64,000 nucleotides of DNA, from the NCBI RefSeq assembly GCF_009914755.1, contig NC_060930.1; one strand, 5' to 3'. Positions 56,661 through 64,000 of the stretch are shown piece after piece; position 1 is the stretch's first letter, and the number at the start of each line of letters is the position of its first letter. The notes beneath the pieces are model-generated. The model saw only the letters and a program-made list of their open reading frames with translations, had not been told where the DNA came from and did not search any database. The position numbers and the translations under genes are program-made. This stretch comes from the human T2T-CHM13v2.0 reference genome, Homo sapiens.

Positions 56661-56867
56661 AAAACCAGATGTTAGAATTAGCAGGAAAAATATGTTAAAA
56701 AAGTGATTATAACGTTATCCCTTCCATTTCATGGAAGTTTATACAACCATGCCCAGGACTTGATATGCAATTAAACACCTCAAATAGTGGTGAAGATATG
56801 GATCAATTATACTCTTAGACATTGTTAATAGTCTATCCTTCAGTTTAGGATGACAACAAGTGGGACA

Positions 56868-57113
56868 CAGAGAAACAGAAGCTTCTCTATACCCACACCA
56901 CAGCTTACTATCTACCTTAACACAACTTTACTACTAAATTGTCTTCATTAACATAGCTTTATTGTTTCAGGAAACTTTTGCCCAGGGAGATAAAAGTTGC
57001 AAATAACTTTCTGAAAGACTAAAAAAATTACTTAATAGCATGAAACTACCATTTACTCAGTAAACATCTTGCTTCAAAATTTTTGCCTTCTGTGTAAATC
57101 AATCTTAAATTAT
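56868..57113 (+). mobile_element. ERV1 3' LTR, 5' half (MER89/MER90/MER110-like group, unresolved)
   Basis: Follows purine tract AAGTGGGA; ..GTTTCAGGAAACTT..CCCAGGGAGATAAAAGTTGCAAATAAC..; stops at AAATTAT. Confidence 0.6.
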
Positions 57114-58387
57114 ATACGAACAGATCATTCTTCTTTAGGAATAACAGAACTAGATTGGCTTTTCTGCTTGAAACAAGAAAAAAACTAACAAAAACAAATG
57201 AACAAAGCAATTTTTTTTTTTTTTAGGCAGCCAAGCACAGAGATCCTTGAGAGATGACGAAAAAACAAGATGAGTCCTGTAACAGGTCAGCTTATTGTTT
57301 TGAGGACATTTTCAGGTGTAGCACAGGGAGGAGAAGCTCAGAAGACTCTCTGAGTTAAGGAGATTGAACAAAGAATCAAGGAGGACTAAAGCATCTGGAG
57401 TACAGAGTACCAGAGTATATAAAGATATGACATGAGAGAACCCTGAAGATTTATAGAAGGGTCCCCTTAATTATTCAACAAAATATATACAGATCAACAC
57501 AGATGTATGAGGAAACTACTTGGAGCTAGGAAAAGAGCCATTTGAAAAGATTAGAGGAAATGGTACTGAATGCTCATACAGGACTGGGGACTTTGACTGT
57601 TTCAATAAACCATGCTAGAGAACTCAACCCACTGGGTATTGGATAGAGTACTTAGGAAGGTCTTATCTCTGTTGCAAGGAATGACTGGCCCTAGACAGAG
57701 CACTGCTCTAGACATGCCTAACAAATCATAAATGCAAGACTGAAAAAAATCAAGTTGTTCATAAAAAATTTAACTGATTACAGAACAAAATTCAAGAATG
57801 TTTAGAGGAATACAAAAAAGTCCCACACTGAAAAGGAGAAACTTTTCAATGTCAGGCATCTAAGCAAAGATTACCAGACATAAAAAGAAGCAGGAAACCA
57901 TGATCCTTATGGGAGAATGCACATATAATTAAAACTGACCCAGATGTTAGAATTAGCAGAAAAAATACATTAAAAAGTTATTATAACATTATTCCGTATT
58001 TTCAAAAAGTTAAGTGGAAACATGGAAGATATAGAAAAAAACCCAAATTGAATTTTTATAAAGATGGAAACAATGTTTGCAAGGAAAGCACACTGGCTGA
58101 GATAACAATGGTTTAGATACTGCAGAAGTACATTTTAATGTGCTTGAAGACATAACAACAACTATAGAAAATAAAACACAAGGAAAATATTAAAATGAAA
58201 ACAGCATCAGTGAGCTGTGAGTAAACTTCAAGTGACATAATAGATATTTAATTGTAGCCCTTAAAGGAGTAGGAGAACAGAAAAAAATATTTAAAGGAAT
58301 AATAGTCAATCATGATGAAAACTATAAACATGCAGATGCAAAAATCATCAACCCCAAGCAAAAAATGAAGAAAACTACACCAAGGCC

Positions 58388-58931
58388 ATCCAGAATCTAC
58401 AAGGAAGTCAAACAAGTCAGCAAGAAAAAAGCAGCAATCCCATCAAAAAAGTGGGCTAAGGACATGAATACACAGTTCTCAAAAGAAGATATACAAATGG
58501 CCAAGAAACATATGAAAAAATGCTCAACATAATTACTAGGGAAATGAAAATCCAAACCACAATGCGATACCACCTTACCCCTGCAAGAATGGCCATAATT
58601 AAAAAAATAAAATAATAGATGCTATTTTTTTTGTGGTGAAAAGGGAATGGCCGAAAAGGGATGTGGTGAAAAGGGAACACTTTTACACTGTTGGTGGATT
58701 GTAAACTAGTACAACCAGTATGGAAAACAGTGTGGAGATTCCTTAAGAACTAAAAATAGATCTACCATTTGATCCAGTAATCCCACTACTGGGTATATAC
58801 CCAGAAGAAAATAAGTCATTATATGAAAAAGATACTTACACATGCATATTAATAGCAACACAAGTTGCAATTACAAAAATATGGAACCAGCCCAAATGTC
58901 CATCAGTCAATGAGTTGATAAAGAAAATGTG

Positions 58932-58966
<35 letters not shown>

Positions 58967-59330
58967 AGCCATGGAATACTACTCAGCCATAAAAAGGAAC
59001 AAAATATGGCTGTTGCAGCGAACTGAATGGAATTGGAGACCATTAATCTAAGTGAAGTAACTCAGGAATGAGAAAGCAAACATCATGTCTTCTCACTTAA
59101 AAGTGGGGGATAAGCTATGAAGACAAAGGCATTAGAATGATACAGTGGACTTTGGGGACTTGGGGGAAAGAGTGGGAGGGGTAAGGGATAAAAGACTACA
59201 CATCAGGTGGAGTGTGCACTGCTTGGGTGACAGGTGCACCAAAATCTCAGAAATCACCACTAAAGAACTTATCCACGTAACCAAACACCATGCTTCCCCA
59301 AAACCTATCAAAATAATAAATAAATAAAAA
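58388..59330 (+). mobile_element. L1PB1/2-like 3' fragment with internal (CA)n
   Basis: ATCCAGAATCTACAAGGAA..GTGGGCTAAGGACATGAAT..; GGGATAAAAGACTACAC..GTGCACCAAAATCTCAGAAATCACCACTAAAGAACTT. Confidence 0.9.
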
Positions 59331-59825
59331 TGGCTTAAATCCAATGATAAAAATAAAACCTTAGAAGCAGCCAGAAAAAAAAGACATGATATTTACAGAA
59401 GAACAAAGATAGGGTGGGAGCAGATTTCTCATTGGAAACAATGCAAATGACAAAACAGTGGAGCAGCAACTTTAAAGTACTAAAAGAAAAAAAAAACCTG
59501 AAGCCAGCAGAAAGAGCTTTCAAAAACAAAGGTGAGATACAGATATTTTCAGACATACAGCACCTGAAAGAATTTACCACCAGCCAACCCATACTACAAG
59601 AAATTTAAACGAAGAGCTTCAAGGTAGAAGGAAAATGATACTAGATGGGAATCTGGATCCATGAAGAGCACAGAAAATGGTAAAAACATGGATAGTTGTG
59701 TAAGAATTTTTATTAGTAGTATCTCTTTAAAATATATTTAACAGTTTAAACACAAATAATGCATTGTGGGTTTACCACATAAAAAAGTAAAATGTATTAA
59801 AACGATAGCATAAAGTCAGGGAGAG

Positions 59826-60135
59826 GGCTGGGCGTGGTAGCTCACGTCTGTAATCCCAGCCCTTTGGGAGGCTGAGGTGGGTGGATCATGAGGTCAGGAG
59901 ATTGAAACCATCCTGGCCAACATGGTGAAACAACCCCTGCCCCTGTCTCTACTGAAAATACAAAAAAATTAGCTGAGCGTGGTGTCACGCACCTGTAGTC
60001 CCAGCTACTCAGAAGGCTGAGGCAGGAGAATCGCCTGAACCAGGGGAATCGCCTGAACCAGGGAGGCGGAGGTTGCAGTGAGCTGAGATCGCGCCACTGC
60101 ACTCTCCAGCCTGGCAACAGAGTGAGACTCCATCT

Positions 60136-60169
<34 letters not shown>
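59826..60169 (+). mobile_element. AluSc-like with internal tandem duplications
   Basis: Full dimer, long A tail; GAATCGCCTGAACCAGGG twice (60028-60063). Confidence 0.93.
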
Positions 60170-60171
<2 letters not shown>

Positions 60172-60808
60172 TCGGGGAGGGGAGAAATAGAAATATATAA
60201 CTTGTAAGTTTTTATATTATACATGAAATGGTACAATACCACTTGAAAGTAGATGGTGATAAAGATATTTACTATAAATCCTAAAGCAACCACTAAAATA
60301 ATACCACAAAGAGTTATAGCTGAAGAGCCAACGAAAGAAGACAAAATGTAATCATAAAAAAGACTCAATTCAAAAGAAGGCAGAAAACGAGGGAAAGGAC
60401 AATAAAGAACAGATGTAACAAATAAGAAATAAATGAAAAATTATCAATTAAGGCCTAATCATATCAATAATCACATTAACTACAAATAGTTGAAATACCT
60501 CAATTAAAAGGCAGAGATTGTCAAATTGGCTAAAAAAGCAAGGTCCAATTATATGTTGTCTACAAGAAACACACTTTAAACTTAAAGGTACAAATAGGTT
60601 AAATACATAAGTATGCAAAAAGATATCCCATGCTAAGACTGTTCAAAAGAAAGCTTCAATGTCTGTATTAATATCAAGAATATTTTAAAAAATTGTCCAG
60701 GATAAAGAAGGTAATTTTATAATGATAAAGGGAATAATTAGTCAAAAGGACTTAAAATTATAAGTGTTTATGGCTTTGAAAATGGAGCTTTAAAAATATA
60801 TGAACTGG

Positions 60809-61192
<384 letters not shown>

Positions 61193-61820
61193 TCAACATG
61201 ACCTGGTTCACATTTATAGAACACACTCCACTCTACAACAGCATAATGTTCAACACTGTTAGTCATTAAGGAAATGAAATTAGTACCACAATGTGAAGTC
61301 ACTACACACCTGTTAGAGAGGCTAAAATTAAAAAGACTGATTATACCAACTATTGGTTAGGATATGGAGAAACTGGAAATTTTATTCACTGCTATTGGGA
61401 ATGTAAAATGATTCAACTTTGGAAAACACTTGGGCAGTTTCTTCAGAAGATAAAAATCAACTGTATTCAACCATTCTTCTCCTGGGTGTATATCCAACAG
61501 AAATGAAAGCATATGTTTTTTTACAAAAACTTGTGCACAAATATTTAGTAGCTTTCTTAATAACAGCCAAAACTGGAAACAATCAAATGCCCTTCAAGTG
61601 ATGAATGGATGAAAAATTGTGGTATATTCACACAAGGGAATACTTTTTCAACAAGAAAGTCAATGCATTATTGATATATGCAATGTAAGTGAATCTCAAA
61701 ACAATTATGCTAAGTGAAAGATACCAGAGAAAAAGAAGCCATATTATGTGATTTCATGATGTGAAATTCTAGAATGTATTGTTAGAAAAAGCAGATCAGT
61801 GGTTGCTTGGGATGGAGTGA

Positions 61821-62252
<432 letters not shown>

Positions 62253-62342
62253 GGTTGTCCGTTTTAAATATGTACAAAAATTGTCAATTATATCCCAAGA
62301 AAACAGCTGAACAATAGGAATTTTACAAGAACTGAAAATAGG

Positions 62343-62575
62343 AAATTATTATTTTATGATCTTTACCCAACTTAACCAAGTCTCCAAATTGAAAGAATCG
62401 CCTTCAATCAGATTTCAAACTCTCAATAGATATCCTGATTTTGCTCTTTCCTCTCTGAGACACTACCATGGCTCTGTGGAGGCAGTGTTCTCCCCTTTAC
62501 GCCACTAAGCCGTAAACTCACTTAGTCTGATCAACAGGCTGCTTTGGTATTATTTTGGGGAGCCAGCATTTGATA
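62343..62575 (+). mobile_element. ERV1 3' LTR, 3' half
   Basis: CTTTACCCAAC..AACTCTCAATAGATATCCTGA..CTCTGAGACACTAC..GTGTTCTCCC..TAAACTCA..ATCAACAGG..TTGATA (decayed TGACA end). Confidence 0.65.
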
Positions 62576-62589
62576 GTACTTCACTTCCA

Positions 62590-62885
62590 TACAATATGAC
62601 ACATATTAAAAAGAAGGGATTCTACACCAGTTAACATAAAGAAATTCCAGGATGTCATGTTAAGTGAGAAAAGCCGAATGCAGAGGAAAGTTTTCTGTTT
62701 TTGTATTTCTATTTTGTATTTTGTTTTCTATTTTTGATTTAAACAAACAGCATCTTAGATGAATATATATGCATGTGTATGATGACATGACCCATGAGAT
62801 AGCTTTGGATAGAATCATGCCAGTTAATAAACATTGATTATCTGGGGGAAATGATGTATATTGGAGGGTAGGAAGGTGGGAGTAA
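62590..62885 (+). mobile_element. Ancient L1ME 3' fragment
   Basis: TTCCAGGATGTCATGTTAAGTGAGAAAAGC..ATGCAGA..; ATTGATTATCTGGGG. Confidence 0.5.
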
Positions 62886-64000
62886 TAAAAAAAAAAAAAA
62901 GAAAAAAAAACAGGGAAGCAGAAAAAATCACATATCCAAAGAAAAAGAAGTGTCCATAATCCAGCAGCATTTGTATTACGCACCCATTTCTATGCTTAGA
63001 GATAGCTTCAAACTGTTACTCGAAATAATGTCAAGTTTCTTTGAATTTTCCTGAATTAACAAACACACAGCAAAAACTATTATTTTATTACCCTCTCTGT
63101 TACTTCTATCTCTAATTTTACAGGTCTAATCTCATTAATTATAATAATTCTAGTGTAGTGAATAGTAAATTTTGGAATAATAAGATCTCTTTAATAAGGA
63201 TTTTTTTCTACAAACAGCAATAACTTTTGCTTTATCATTTGTTTTACAAATCTCATTAAAACTTTACTGGTTGATCAATATTTGAGAATTTTTAAAGATA
63301 TAAATCTTCTACTGTGTTTTTTTAAAAAAGAAAACTGTTCTAATGCCCATGTTTTCACTTTTACAAAACTAGCTTAATTCCATACAAACTGCAAAGACCT
63401 TGGCACTGCCTTTGTCTCCAGTGAAAAATGAGCTCCATTTGATGGCTGACCTTCCAAACAACTGTAGCTTCCACAGAAATATATAGGATCTATCGGCCCA
63501 CAGCTGTTACCTTATAAGAATCATTACTTGAGTGCTCAAGGGAAAACTAGTTCCACGGGTAAGGCTGCGTTGATGGAACACTCAAAAATACAATAAAATA
63601 AAATGGATGCATATAAACCGTGAGTGAGAGCTTTGATTAGAAGCAAAGATGAGTATTTTTGCTACCGAAGATAGGCAGAGTGGTGTCAGTGTTGGAGAAA
63701 ATTGGCTGTTAACATTCGCAATTATGGGAGACACTTAAATGGATGCTTTTCACGGCCCTTCCTCAAAATGGAGATGAGTGAAAATTTCGCAAATAATGCA
63801 GCTTATAAAATAGAAGTGTAGCTGAGAGTATATTAGGTTGCTTGGAGAGGTGAATTAGCATCTTTTGTCTATGTGTGGTGTTTTGTGGAATGTTCATGAA
63901 GGCAGTGAGAAAAGATGGTTGAATTTCCTGACCAATTCCTTTTTATGCTGTTGACTTGTGGTTTGGCAGAAGCGACAGATTCCTTCATCTTTTAACGTTA

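Overview
Primate (almost certainly human-type) nuclear DNA. No protein-coding exon, RNA gene or CRISPR array can be supported, and the gene or locus cannot be named from sequence alone. The first ~12 kb is GC-richer, mostly unique sequence. It contains a weakly CpG-enriched, promoter/enhancer-like block (~8.6-10.3 kb) with a perfect NF-kB site, a strong minus-strand splice acceptor and donor, and a strand-asymmetric bulged hairpin. The rest is a dense retroelement landscape: ~20 Alus/FLAMs (many with readable TSDs), old L1M and L1PB, L2, MIR, CR1, MaLR solo LTRs, MER41A, MER57 and LTR40-like LTRs, and MER58A/Tigger3a/MER2 DNA elements. There is also a decayed class I ERV (pol-env) whose 3' LTR is split by a 5.2 kb L1 block. 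The most unusual signals are local copying events that simple repeat annotation does not explain: an ~82% identical 154-bp motif-rich direct duplicate (19.7/22.1 kb), a 141-bp copy placed inside a TCTA tract (37.6/38.9 kb), a 101-bp fold-back inversion tied to a truncated Alu (44.0-44.5 kb), and a 58-bp L1 copy inside the ERV env remnant. Repeat family names come from recalled consensus sequences, not a database search. I found no convincing new biological system.
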